Source: Candidatus Kaiserbacteria bacterium
GTDB lineage: Bacteria > Patescibacteriota > Minisyncoccia > Phycocordibacterales > UBA918
Length of the DNA: 64,000 bases
Assembly: GCA_016204695.1 (NCBI GenBank)
Contig: JACQKD010000009.1
Span: forward strand, 11,710 to 75,709
Direction of reading: 5' to 3'
The number at the start of each line of letters is the position of its first letter. Positions within the stretch are counted from its first letter, which is position 1. The translations under genes and the position numbers were made by a program. The notes below the pieces were generated by a model. It saw nothing but the letters and a program-made list of their open reading frames with translations, had not been told where the DNA came from and did not search any database. Of this stretch, positions 19,519-28,094 are shown in pieces.

Positions 19519-20619
19519 ATGCACATTGAAGTCGATCGAGAGAAACTTCTGCAACAACTCGAACTTGCCTCGCGCATCAGCACCAGACACCAAACATTGC
19601 CGGTGCTCCAATGCGCACTCTTTGATGTGTCCGACAGCACCCTCGTTCTCCGCGCGACCAACCTCGAACTCGGGTTCGAGGCACGCCTGCCAGTCGAAAC
19701 AAAAGAGAGTGGCGTGCTCGCGGTACCCGCCGCTCTTTTGGCGCAAACCATCGGGCTTCTCTATGACCGGGTGGTGACATTAAAATCGGAGGGCGAGATG
19801 TTGGTGGTAGAGACTTCGAAGTCGCATACCACCATAAAGACGCTTCCACACGACGAGTTTCCGGTCATTCCCCAACTTACCGGCGCCGTCCAAAAACTTT
19901 CAGGCAGTTTGTTCGTGCTTGGTATTCGCACGGCCGCATTCGCCACATCCCAGTCCTCCATCAAGCCGGAACTCGGCTCAATTCTCGTCCATCAACAAAA
20001 AGAGCGGACACTGACTTTTGTTGCGACGGATTCGTTTCGTCTTGTGGAGAAACTCGTGCCGCAACAGTCGATTTCTCTCGAACAGTCGCTTCTGGTGCCC
20101 CAAAAGAACGCGCTCGAGATTGCACGTATTACCGAGGTGGTCGGGGAAGACCCCGAGATGGTGGTTTCGGAAAACCAACTTGCGTTGCGGTTCCCAAGTG
20201 GTGTGTATGTGACAACGCGGCTCACTGAAGCGTCGTTTCCCGACTATCAGCAGATCATTCCAAAGGAATTTGCCACCACAGTGACGGTGCTTCGGGGGGA
20301 TCTGATCCACGCTCTTAAAAAAACCAACATTTTCGCGAACACCTTCCTGCAGGTGAAGGTGGGTATTGATCCCAAGAAGAAAACCATTACCTTTTCTTCC
20401 GACAGCGGCGATCTTGGTAAGACGGAGGAGACCGTCTCCGCGACCATCGAAGGAGAAGCTTTTTCTTTAAGCTTCAATCAACGATATCTGCATGATCCAC
20501 TCGGCTCGTTTGCCGACGACAGTATTGTGCTGAAGTTTGCGGGTGTCGGTCGGCCAATGGTGATGGAGGGGGTATCCGAAAAATCTTTGCGTTACCTCGT
20601 AATGCCGATGAATCGTTAG
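19519..20619 (+). CDS. dnaN: DNA polymerase III beta clamp
   Basis: ATNLE, FVATDSFRL, FPDYQQIIP, C-terminal YLVMPM; follows dnaA. Confidence 0.97.
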   Translation: MHIEVDREKLLQQLELASRISTRHQTLPVLQCALFDVSDSTLVLRATNLELGFEARLPVETKESGVLAVPAALLAQTIGLLYDRVVTLKSEGEMLVVETSKSHTTIKTLPHDEFPVIPQLTGAVQKLSGSLFVLGIRTAAFATSQSSIKPELGSILVHQQKERTLTFVATDSFRLVEKLVPQQSISLEQSLLVPQKNALEIARITEVVGEDPEMVVSENQLALRFPSGVYVTTRLTEASFPDYQQIIPKEFATTVTVLRGDLIHALKKTNIFANTFLQVKVGIDPKKKTITFSSDSGDLGKTEETVSATIEGEAFSLSFNQRYLHDPLGSFADDSIVLKFAGVGRPMVMEGVSEKSLRYLVMPMNR

Positions 20620-20629
20620 TTTCGGATGT

Positions 20630-20938
20630 ATGGTGCGGCATGGCCGGCAGGGTAAAAAACATGACGGACCGGTAAGGATAGGTTCTTTGTTTGAAAAGTA
20701 CCGGACGCGCCTGCGTCCTCCGCAGGGTGTTGTTGTTACGGCATTTTGCGCCGTGATCGAAAATGAGCTTGGGATACGGCTCCCTACTTCGTCCGTACGA
20801 TACAATGTTTATAACCGTACGATTGGCGTCACCGCGGGCGGTCCGCAGAAGACCGAAATCATCCTCAATCAAAAACACATCCTCGACCTCTGCCGTGAGA
20901 CTCTCGGCGACCTTGGATCACCGCAACAGATCGTCTAA
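20630..20938 (+). CDS. Hypothetical protein, possibly DciA (DUF721)-like
   Basis: 102 aa directly after dnaN; the pattern TIGVTA..QKTEIILNQKHIL resembles DciA; family call is inference. Confidence 0.5.
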   Translation: MVRHGRQGKKHDGPVRIGSLFEKYRTRLRPPQGVVVTAFCAVIENELGIRLPTSSVRYNVYNRTIGVTAGGPQKTEIILNQKHILDLCRETLGDLGSPQQIV

Positions 20939-20954
20939 TATGAAATGATTGAAT

Positions 20955-21557
20955 ATGGGCAGACTTGAAAAACTACGAGAGAAGATCGGCGTACTCTATG
21001 AGCGGAAAGACCCCAATCGTGCGGACTGGGCCGACTGGCTTTATGCGCACCATATATTTGTCGTTGCCGACAACGCCACGCGGCTTGCTCGCCGTTTTGG
21101 AGCGAATCCGGAGCTTGCGACAGCCGCCGGTATGCTCCACGACATCGCCGATGCGGAAATGAAGCGGGACAATCCTCATCATGAAGAGAGGAGTCTCGAA
21201 ATTGCGCGAGCACTGCTCGCGGAAGTCGGTTTTACTCCGGAGGAAATTGCAGTAGTGGTTGATGACGCAATCAAACATCATGGATGTCATGGTGGTAAAG
21301 CCCCGACGACGCTCGAAGGCAAGGTGATGGCGGCCGCCGACGCGCTTGCGCACCTGACGCGAGAATTCTACGATCACGCGGTTGAGACATTTCGGGACCA
21401 GAAGGAATCGGTGGAAGATATCCGCCGGTGGGTCTTCTCCAAACTTGAACGGGATTTCAACAACAAGCTCTGCTTCGAGGAATTACAGAAGGAAATGCGT
21501 CCCGGTTACGAACAGCTTAAGGAATTTTATACAAGTCAACTTAGCGGCATCACATAA
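20955..21557 (+). CDS. HD-domain phosphohydrolase
   Basis: HHIFVV..AGMLHDIAD..IKHHG..AADALAH. Confidence 0.88.
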   Translation: MGRLEKLREKIGVLYERKDPNRADWADWLYAHHIFVVADNATRLARRFGANPELATAAGMLHDIADAEMKRDNPHHEERSLEIARALLAEVGFTPEEIAVVVDDAIKHHGCHGGKAPTTLEGKVMAAADALAHLTREFYDHAVETFRDQKESVEDIRRWVFSKLERDFNNKLCFEELQKEMRPGYEQLKEFYTSQLSGIT

Positions 21558-21558
21558 T

Positions 21559-22212
21559 ATGTCTATAAAACTCGGAACGCTTCTTTTTGAACCTATAGAG
21601 GGGCATGCAGAACTTCTGGTCGCAGCAGTTGCCTTGGCGATCAAGAATCTGCCGGGGGTCGAGGATGTAGGGGTGGCGGCGATTGATCCGTCACTTTCCG
21701 ACACGGTCGCGTTCTGCGAGCACTATCAGTTGCCTTCCGAGCAGGCGGCAAACTGTGTGATCGTTGAAGGTGAGAAGCGAACATTTGGAGCTTCGAACGA
21801 CCTTGCGAGTTCTTTTGAGAGCGAAGCGAATCAAAAGAGCCGCAAGGTGTACGGCGCCTGTAAGGCGAGGCGCGGGGAAGAAAGAACGATGGCGGCCTGC
21901 GTCATACTCGCGAGTACTCGCGCCGACGTCAATGGTGTCGTGCGGCGGCAGATTGACGCAAAGAAGGTCTCGTTTGCACAGATGGAAAAAGCGGTCGAGG
22001 AGAGTGGTATGGAGTACGGGGCGATCACGCCAATCGGCCTTCCGGCCGATTGGCGCATCCTTGTGGACAAAGCGGTCGCGGATTTGGATTATGTCGTCAT
22101 CGGGAGCGGTGTTCGCGGCTCGAAGCTCGCCGTCCCCGGCTCGCTTCTTGCGTCACTTCCGAACGTGTCGGTGATAGAGGGACTGGCGAAACCGCGTACC
22201 GAAAATACATGA
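21559..22212 (+). CDS. YbaK/EbsC (aminoacyl-tRNA deacylase-like) protein with an internal 32-aa insertion
   Basis: SDTVAFCEHY, ANCVIV, TRADVNG, SFA..AVEESGMEYGAITPIGLP, IGSGVRGSKL. Confidence 0.88.
   Translation: MSIKLGTLLFEPIEGHAELLVAAVALAIKNLPGVEDVGVAAIDPSLSDTVAFCEHYQLPSEQAANCVIVEGEKRTFGASNDLASSFESEANQKSRKVYGACKARRGEERTMAACVILASTRADVNGVVRRQIDAKKVSFAQMEKAVEESGMEYGAITPIGLPADWRILVDKAVADLDYVVIGSGVRGSKLAVPGSLLASLPNVSVIEGLAKPRTENT
21769..21864 (+). mobile_element. Structured repeat element, copy A (in-frame insertion in the YbaK-family gene)
   Basis: 96 nt; stem ACCTTGCG-A-GTTCTTTTGA/TCAAAAGAGC-CGCAAGGT with loop GAGCGAAGCGAA; homologous to 27301-27402 (minus). Confidence 0.8.
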
Positions 22213-22739
22213 GCATGTTTGACGGGATCTATCTGGTGGCGATTACCGTAGGGCTGTGCGCGACCTATGCCGCACTTCTCCTCTTCCTGCCATTCTTTTT
22301 CAACAAAGTGCGCAGACGTATCCCGATGCGGACGATTATCGTTTCAATCACATCGATTATTCTTCTAAGTGTTGCGGGTTACGCCGTGGCGTTGAGCATC
22401 TCCGATCTCCAATTGGGCAATCGCGTACTGCACGGCTTTGGCGGCGGGTTTATGGCCTTCTTTGCCTGTTTTCTTGCCGCACGAGACAGCGGTGTATCGG
22501 TCGGCAGGACGCGTTTTTTCATCATGGCCGCGCTCATTGTCACCGCGCTCGGTGTCCTGAATGAACTGGCGGAGCTGTTTCTGGAACGCTGTTGCGACCT
22601 TCCCCTGCCGGAGACGCTTGACGACACATGGCTTGATCTTTTGAGTAATACGGTCGGCCTTCTGTTTGCGGCTCTTTGCTTCGTGCCGTTTTTCGGCGCC
22701 GGCTCCACGGAAGTGCGAGTCACGTCCTCTGTGCGCTAG
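22209..22739 (+). CDS. Membrane protein (DUF2238/VanZ-like)
   Basis: Several TM segments with LHGFGG..GVLNELAE..DDTWLDLLSNTVG. Confidence 0.65.
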   Translation: MSMFDGIYLVAITVGLCATYAALLLFLPFFFNKVRRRIPMRTIIVSITSIILLSVAGYAVALSISDLQLGNRVLHGFGGGFMAFFACFLAARDSGVSVGRTRFFIMAALIVTALGVLNELAELFLERCCDLPLPETLDDTWLDLLSNTVGLLFAALCFVPFFGAGSTEVRVTSSVR

Positions 22740-24997
22740 TTGTTTTCTTCGTCGCGATTTCTGCGTCTTCGCCTGTTGTCATCCGGATCGGTGTCGTCGG
22801 TCGTAGAGGCAGTATCGTTGCTCTGTAGTTTTGTGGCGGCGCCTATGAGCGCGTTTCTCCATCCGGCGATCGGCCATTCCCAGAGATTAAACTGCGGGTC
22901 GCGGCCGGGACTGGCAGGATATGGGCCGCGAGGGTTGTCCTTGTCGACGTAGTAGAGAATCGTGTGAACCGAAGAGATCGCCGTCCCGAGCTGGCTTTCT
23001 TCGCCGCTCGTGCCGTCGGTCGGGGGGGCGGGCGTCGTATCGAGCCAGACGCCCCGCAGGATCGGTTTCACGTCGGGGGGCGTGGCCGCCGGTTCGGCGA
23101 ACGATTCTTTCGGACGTTTCTCGAGCGCGAAGTCCATGAACTCGCGCCACATTGGCGTCACAATAAGACCGGAGATTTTCTTTTCCATGGAGCGGTTGTC
23201 GTTGTTGCCCGCCCAGCAACCGACCGCGATGTTCGGCGTATAGCCGATGACCCACGCATCGCGGTAGTCGTTGGTTGTACCGGTCTTTGCCGCGACGTCG
23301 GTGCCGCCGAAATACAGTTGTGAATTAGAGCCGTAGAGCGGCGTGCGGGCGGCGTTGTCGGAAAGTATCGAAGAGATCTGGAGCGCGACATTGCGGTCGA
23401 GCACTTCTTCTTCCTTCGGTTTGGTCTCCTCAAGAACGTTTCCTTTGGGGTCCTCGATCCGCAGGATGGGGGTCTTTTCCACTTTTTTCCCTTCATGAGC
23501 GAACACGCCGTACGCGCCGACCATATCGACGAGCTGTACCTCGCCGCCGCCGAGGACGAGCGTGAGTCCGTATCGGTCGCGGTTCGCAAGACCGGTGATG
23601 CCCATGTCACGCGCGAGCTTGATCGAGTTGTCGATTCCGGCGAGATACAGTGTTTTTACGGCCGGAATATTGATTGATTGCGCGAGCGCATTGCGGAGTG
23701 AGATCGGGCCGCGGAATTGGCCGTCGTAGTTGACCGGCGAATAGCAACCGCCCTCGCTCGTCATATTGTCGGGCGAGCAGGCGGTGGAAAATTGCGTTTT
23801 GAGGTCAAAGAGTACTGTTTCGGGCGTGTACCCCTTTTCGAATGCGGCGGCGTAGACAAAGGGCTTGAATGAAGAGCCCGGCTGGCGGTCGGCTACCGCG
23901 ATATTGAAATTGCCGTCAATAGTCTCGTCGAAATAGTCGCGCGAGCCGACCATGACGAGGATCTCGCCGGTCTTCGGGTCGGTCGCGACCATGGCGGCGT
24001 TTTCCGCGTTAAATGTCTTCTCGTTTTGGAGCGCGTATTTTTTCACTATCTCCTCGGCTTTTTCTTGGAGCTGTGCGTCAAGCGTGGTGACTACCCGGAA
24101 ACCCCGTTCGGCCAGCGACTCCTCGCCGTATTTTTTCGCGAGGTATTCCCGCACATAAAAGACGAAATGTGGCGCGCGAATGCCGCTGGTCGCCTGCGGC
24201 AGAAATTCGACTTTCTCCGACTTCGCCTGCTCGTATTCCTCCTTGGTGATGAAGTTGTTCTTCAACATTTGTGAGAGAACCAGATCTTTCCGGCTTTCAA
24301 GTTCGGCGCGGTGGTTGCCGTAGGGGGAGTAGTAGGTGGGAGCCTGCGGCAGTGCGGCGATATATGCGGCCTCCGCGAGCGTCACGTCGGAGACCGGCTT
24401 GCCGAAAAACGACTGGCTCGCCTCTTCGACGCCGTAGAGCGTGCCGCCGTATGGGGACTCGTTGAGATAGTGGGAGAGTATCTCCTCTTTCGAGAGCTGG
24501 TGCTCAAGCTTCATTGCGAGTACCGCCTCTTTTACCTTGCGAGTGAGTGTTTTCTCCTGCTTCAGCAGGGCGTTTTTGACCACCTGCTGTGTGATCGTCG
24601 ACCCGCCCTGGCCGCCGAGGAGGTCGCCGCCCTGGATGTTGGCGAGTGCGGCGCGGATGATGGAAAGCGGACGGATGCCGGCATGCTCGAAGAATGTGTC
24701 GTCTTCGATGGCGACGGTCGCGTTGATCACATGGCGGGAAATATTTTCGTAGGGTACGATTGTGCGCCGAACATCCGCGTGGAGGTCGTAGAGGAGGATT
24801 TCTCCAGTGCGGTCGTAGATTTTTGTCGATTGGAGCACCCGGCGCTGTTCAAATGCCTGCAGATCGGGAATTTCGAGGGTGGAAACCCATAGAAGGAGCG
24901 ATCCGCCGACCACAAGCGCAAAAACGCCGATACCGACGACGATATCGAGCAGTACCCGCTTATAATGTCTCCCAACGAAGGTCTTGAACCGTTTCAT
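22736..24997 (-). CDS. Class A penicillin-binding protein (transglycosylase/transpeptidase)
   Basis: AIEDDTFFEH, GGSTITQQVVKN, RKVKE, QPGSSFKP, SIN, KTGT. Confidence 0.96.
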   Translation of the reverse strand: MKRFKTFVGRHYKRVLLDIVVGIGVFALVVGGSLLLWVSTLEIPDLQAFEQRRVLQSTKIYDRTGEILLYDLHADVRRTIVPYENISRHVINATVAIEDDTFFEHAGIRPLSIIRAALANIQGGDLLGGQGGSTITQQVVKNALLKQEKTLTRKVKEAVLAMKLEHQLSKEEILSHYLNESPYGGTLYGVEEASQSFFGKPVSDVTLAEAAYIAALPQAPTYYSPYGNHRAELESRKDLVLSQMLKNNFITKEEYEQAKSEKVEFLPQATSGIRAPHFVFYVREYLAKKYGEESLAERGFRVVTTLDAQLQEKAEEIVKKYALQNEKTFNAENAAMVATDPKTGEILVMVGSRDYFDETIDGNFNIAVADRQPGSSFKPFVYAAAFEKGYTPETVLFDLKTQFSTACSPDNMTSEGGCYSPVNYDGQFRGPISLRNALAQSINIPAVKTLYLAGIDNSIKLARDMGITGLANRDRYGLTLVLGGGEVQLVDMVGAYGVFAHEGKKVEKTPILRIEDPKGNVLEETKPKEEEVLDRNVALQISSILSDNAARTPLYGSNSQLYFGGTDVAAKTGTTNDYRDAWVIGYTPNIAVGCWAGNNDNRSMEKKISGLIVTPMWREFMDFALEKRPKESFAEPAATPPDVKPILRGVWLDTTPAPPTDGTSGEESQLGTAISSVHTILYYVDKDNPRGPYPASPGRDPQFNLWEWPIAGWRNALIGAATKLQSNDTASTTDDTDPDDNRRRRRNRDEENN

Positions 24998-25143
24998 GAT
25001 TAAGAACCTATCCCAAAATAAACTTCAACGCAAAGCCGTATTCCAGACAGGAAGAGTCAATCTGATACTAGCATACACTACGACGGTACGCCGCCGCCCG
25101 TTCCGCGCCTTAATTTCTTGTGATAGAGTGAGTGGCACACTCG

Positions 25144-26337
25144 ATGATGAACGTATCTACTGACGCACAAAAAATAGAAGCATTACTTTCTCGCGGTGTC
25201 GTTGAGATCATCCACGAGGAGTCGTTGCGTAAAAAACTTCAGAGCGGCACGCAATTGCGCATCAAGCTCGGTATCGACCCCACCAGCCCCAACCTCCACA
25301 TCGGCCGGGCCATTCCCCTCCTGAAACTCCGCGACTTCCAGGAGCTCGGGCACCAGATCGTGCTCATTGTCGGCGACTTCACCGCCGTGATCGGTGACAC
25401 CTCCGACAAAGACAGCGAGCGGCCGATGCTCGCGCGCGACGTGATCGAGGAAAACAAAAAAGCGTATCTCGATCAAGCGGGGAAGCTCCTCGATCTCGAC
25501 AAGATTGAATTCCGGTACAACTCCGAGTGGCTCGGACCGCTTGATTACAACCAAATCGGCGAACATGCCGATCAATTCTCCGTTGCCGACTTCATCGCGC
25601 GCGACAATATCAAGCGCCGTCTCGACGCCGGCAAGCGCGTGTCGCTCCGTGAGGTGCTCTACCCGCTCATGCAAGGGTACGACAGCGTCGCAATAAAGGC
25701 CGACGTCGAGCTTGGCGGCACCGACCAGCGCTTCAATCTCCTTGCCGGACGGGTATTGCAGGAGCATTTCGGACAGGAGGCGCAAAATATCATCATTGGC
25801 CCGCTTATCAACGGTCTCGACGGACGAAAGATGAGCTCGAGTTGGGGCAACACGATCAACCTTACCGCCGAGCCGGCGGACATGTACGGCAAAGTAATGA
25901 GCATGCAGGATGGCGAAATACTCACCTACTTCGAGCTGTGTACGCGCGTGCCGATGAGCAGAATTGACGATATGAGAGATTTACTTAATGGAGCGGAAAT
26001 TTCCCCTAGGGATGCAAAGATGGAGCTTGCAAAAGAGATCGTGACACTCTATCACGGCGCGGATGCGGCGGGAAAGGCAGAGGAGGCGTTTGTTGAGACA
26101 TTTCAAAAACGCAACCCGTTCTTGGTAGAAGAAGTTGTACGGAGAGAGGGTGAGACGTATGCTGACGCACTCGTACGGACCGAGATTGTTAGTTCAAAAA
26201 GCGAGCTCTCGCGGCTACTTGATGCAGGTGCCGTATCGGATACAAGTACCGGAGAGAAATACGACACCTTGCCGGATACACCGGGTGCGACGCTAAAGAT
26301 CGGCAAACGGCGGTTTGTGAGATTTGGCGATTCCTGA
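25144..26337 (+). CDS. tyrS: Tyrosine--tRNA ligase
   Basis: KLGIDPTSPNLHIG, YPLMQGYD, GGTDQRFN, KMSSS, S4-like C-terminus. Confidence 0.96.
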   Translation: MMNVSTDAQKIEALLSRGVVEIIHEESLRKKLQSGTQLRIKLGIDPTSPNLHIGRAIPLLKLRDFQELGHQIVLIVGDFTAVIGDTSDKDSERPMLARDVIEENKKAYLDQAGKLLDLDKIEFRYNSEWLGPLDYNQIGEHADQFSVADFIARDNIKRRLDAGKRVSLREVLYPLMQGYDSVAIKADVELGGTDQRFNLLAGRVLQEHFGQEAQNIIIGPLINGLDGRKMSSSWGNTINLTAEPADMYGKVMSMQDGEILTYFELCTRVPMSRIDDMRDLLNGAEISPRDAKMELAKEIVTLYHGADAAGKAEEAFVETFQKRNPFLVEEVVRREGETYADALVRTEIVSSKSELSRLLDAGAVSDTSTGEKYDTLPDTPGATLKIGKRRFVRFGDS

Positions 26338-26356
26338 AGCCGGGGTAGGGAAATAC

Positions 26357-26399
26357 AAACAAAGACCCCCGCGGCCGAAGGCCGCGGGGGTCTTTGTTT
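26357..26399. terminator. Perfect 20-bp hairpin with GAA loop between convergent genes
   Basis: AAACAAAGACCCCCGCGGCC-GAA-GGCCGCGGGGGTCTTTGTTT. Confidence 0.8.
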
Positions 26400-26408
26400 C
26401 AGACAATC

Positions 26409-26588
26409 TCAATAATCATCACGATCATCGAACGACGAGATGTAGCTCTCGTCATCGTCATCCTCTTCGAGCGGGTCAGTCCCGTCATCGCCGTCGAAGT
26501 CGTCGTCAAAATCTCCGAGTGCGCCTCCCGAGAACTCATCTTCTTTCTCATCGTCGTTTGGTATCGAATTATGTACGAAATACGTCAT
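26409..26588 (-). CDS. Small, very acidic hypothetical protein
   Basis: 59 aa, D/E-rich (MTYFVHNSIPNDDEKEDE...SFDDRDDY); ends at the hairpin. Confidence 0.55.
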   Translation of the reverse strand: MTYFVHNSIPNDDEKEDEFSGGALGDFDDDFDGDDGTDPLEEDDDDESYISSFDDRDDY

Positions 26589-26727
26589 AGTGCCGCATAT
26601 GAATTTTATACTCGTCTTTTCTACCAAAGTGTTCCCGTTTCTGCAAATGCCCGTTCCCGCCGTCTGTGTGGATAACCCGATGTGCTATACGAAACGAGCG
26701 AGCCGGCGATTTCTGTCTCCGCCTCGT

Positions 26728-27198
26728 CTACCGGACGGACGCAATCGCGGTCATGCCGACCGCTATTGCGTCATACTCATCATCAAGCGCCTTTTTAGGC
26801 ACGTCCGGCAGAAGCCGCTTGACCATATCCATGACTTGCCGCTTGTCGCTTTTGCCCCAGCCGGTGACTGCGATCTTTATCTCCTGCGGTGAGTATTCGA
26901 GCGCGGTACAGCCGTGTTTTTGTGCAAGATAGAGGAGCATACCGCGCGTCTCGGCAACCGCGATCGCGGTTTTCTGGTTCTTATTGAAAAACAACGTTTC
27001 AAGCGCAACGTAGTCGGGCTCGAATTTTTTCAAAAGGACGACAAACTCGTTTCCGATCGCAAGCAGACGGTCGGCAAGCTCCTGTGTGCGGTCGGTCGTG
27101 ATACACGCGGAATAGACCAGTGCATCTTTTCCGCCCGTTTTCTCAAGCACCGCTACGCCGAGGCGGTCATATCCCGGGTCACATGCAAGTACGCGCAT
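26728..27198 (-). CDS. ruvC: Holliday junction resolvase RuvC
   Basis: MRVLACDPGYDRLG, ETLFFNKN, EYSPQEIKIAVTG.G, DDEYDAIAV. Confidence 0.95.
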   Translation of the reverse strand: MRVLACDPGYDRLGVAVLEKTGGKDALVYSACITTDRTQELADRLLAIGNEFVVLLKKFEPDYVALETLFFNKNQKTAIAVAETRGMLLYLAQKHGCTALEYSPQEIKIAVTGWGKSDKRQVMDMVKRLLPDVPKKALDDEYDAIAVGMTAIASVR

Positions 27199-27206
27199 GC
27201 AGAGAG

Positions 27207-27434
27207 CATACCACAAGGTATTTTCGACGCCGCTCAGCCGCTTCCAGCGGTGGCCTCGCTTGTCCTCGGGCTCGAATTTTGCTTCGCAAAAACCCAGCTT
27301 CTCGTCTTACAGACGCGATACACCTTGCCGATACTTTTCTTCGCTTCGCTCGAAAAGGTATCTGGCAAGGTCTTGCGAAGCTCCAAGTATTCGCTTCTCA
27401 CCCTGCGGCCGTATCGAAAATACCTTGTGGTATG
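27207..27434. mobile_element. MITE-like 228-bp element with 21-bp perfect terminal inverted repeats, containing repeat copy B (27301-27402, minus)
   Basis: CATACCACAAGGTATTTTCGA (27207-27227) and TCGAAAATACCTTGTGGTATG (27414-27434); fills the yebC-ruvC spacer; internal GCGAAGC hairpins. Confidence 0.72.
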
Positions 27435-27435
27435 T

Positions 27436-27981
27436 TCAGACTTCCTCCGGTGTGTCAGCCGCAGTATATATATCTTGAACGTCGTCATTCTCTTCGAGCT
27501 GTTCGACGAGCGAGGCGAGCTTCTCCCCATCGTCGTCCGAGAGCGTCATGGGGGTGGTGGGGATGTAGTCGGCGCCGACTTTCGTGAATGCCCATGCGGC
27601 CGAGCCCGGTGCGCCGAGCGCATAGCCGAGCTTTGAAAGCGTCTGTTTCACCTGTCCGCTCGTGCGGTTGTTGTTGTCGGTGAGTGCAGTGATGAGGAGC
27701 GCCGTGCCTCCCGGTCCGTACGCTTCATAGAGCACTTCCTGCATAGTACCCGCGTCTCCGCCTTTGCCTTTCTGCACCGCGCGGTCGATATTATCTTTCG
27801 GCATCGAATCTTTCTTTGCGCGCTCAATCGCGGCGATAAGGCCCGGCGCCGCGAGGTCGCCCTTCGCTTTCTGCGATTCGACCGCAATGAAGCGTGCATG
27901 CTTTCCGAAGATTTTGCTCTTCTTCGCATCCGTCGCCTCCTTCTTGTGCTTCACCTTCGACCATTTGTTATGTCCGGACAT
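27436..27981 (-). CDS. yebC: YebC/PmpR family protein (short form)
   Basis: MSGHNKWSKVKHKK, MPKDNIDRA, YEAYGPGG, LTDNNNRT, LEENDDVQDIY. Confidence 0.95.
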   Translation of the reverse strand: MSGHNKWSKVKHKKEATDAKKSKIFGKHARFIAVESQKAKGDLAAPGLIAAIERAKKDSMPKDNIDRAVQKGKGGDAGTMQEVLYEAYGPGGTALLITALTDNNNRTSGQVKQTLSKLGYALGAPGSAAWAFTKVGADYIPTTPMTLSDDDGEKLASLVEQLEENDDVQDIYTAADTPEEV

Positions 27982-28039
27982 GTTGAGAATGAGTGTAGTG
28001 CACTCGCACATACTTCGCAAGACATCGGTAAAACAACCG

Positions 28040-28064
28040 AGGTCTCCACGCAAGGTGGAGACCT
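28040..28064. terminator. Hairpin downstream of the PRTase gene
   Basis: AGGTCTCCAC-GCAAG-GTGGAGACCT. Confidence 0.55.
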
Positions 28065-28094
28065 GAAAGTCGGCGAGGGTGGTTCTGTAGCGTC

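Noticed and set aside
21770-21864. GT...AG spliceosomal-like intron reading of the YbaK insert (G|GTGAG...TAAG|G), or an AAGG target-site duplication
   Set aside because: Both imply a 95-nt unit, which would shift the frame; only a 96-nt removal restores the protein, and bacteria have no spliceosome.
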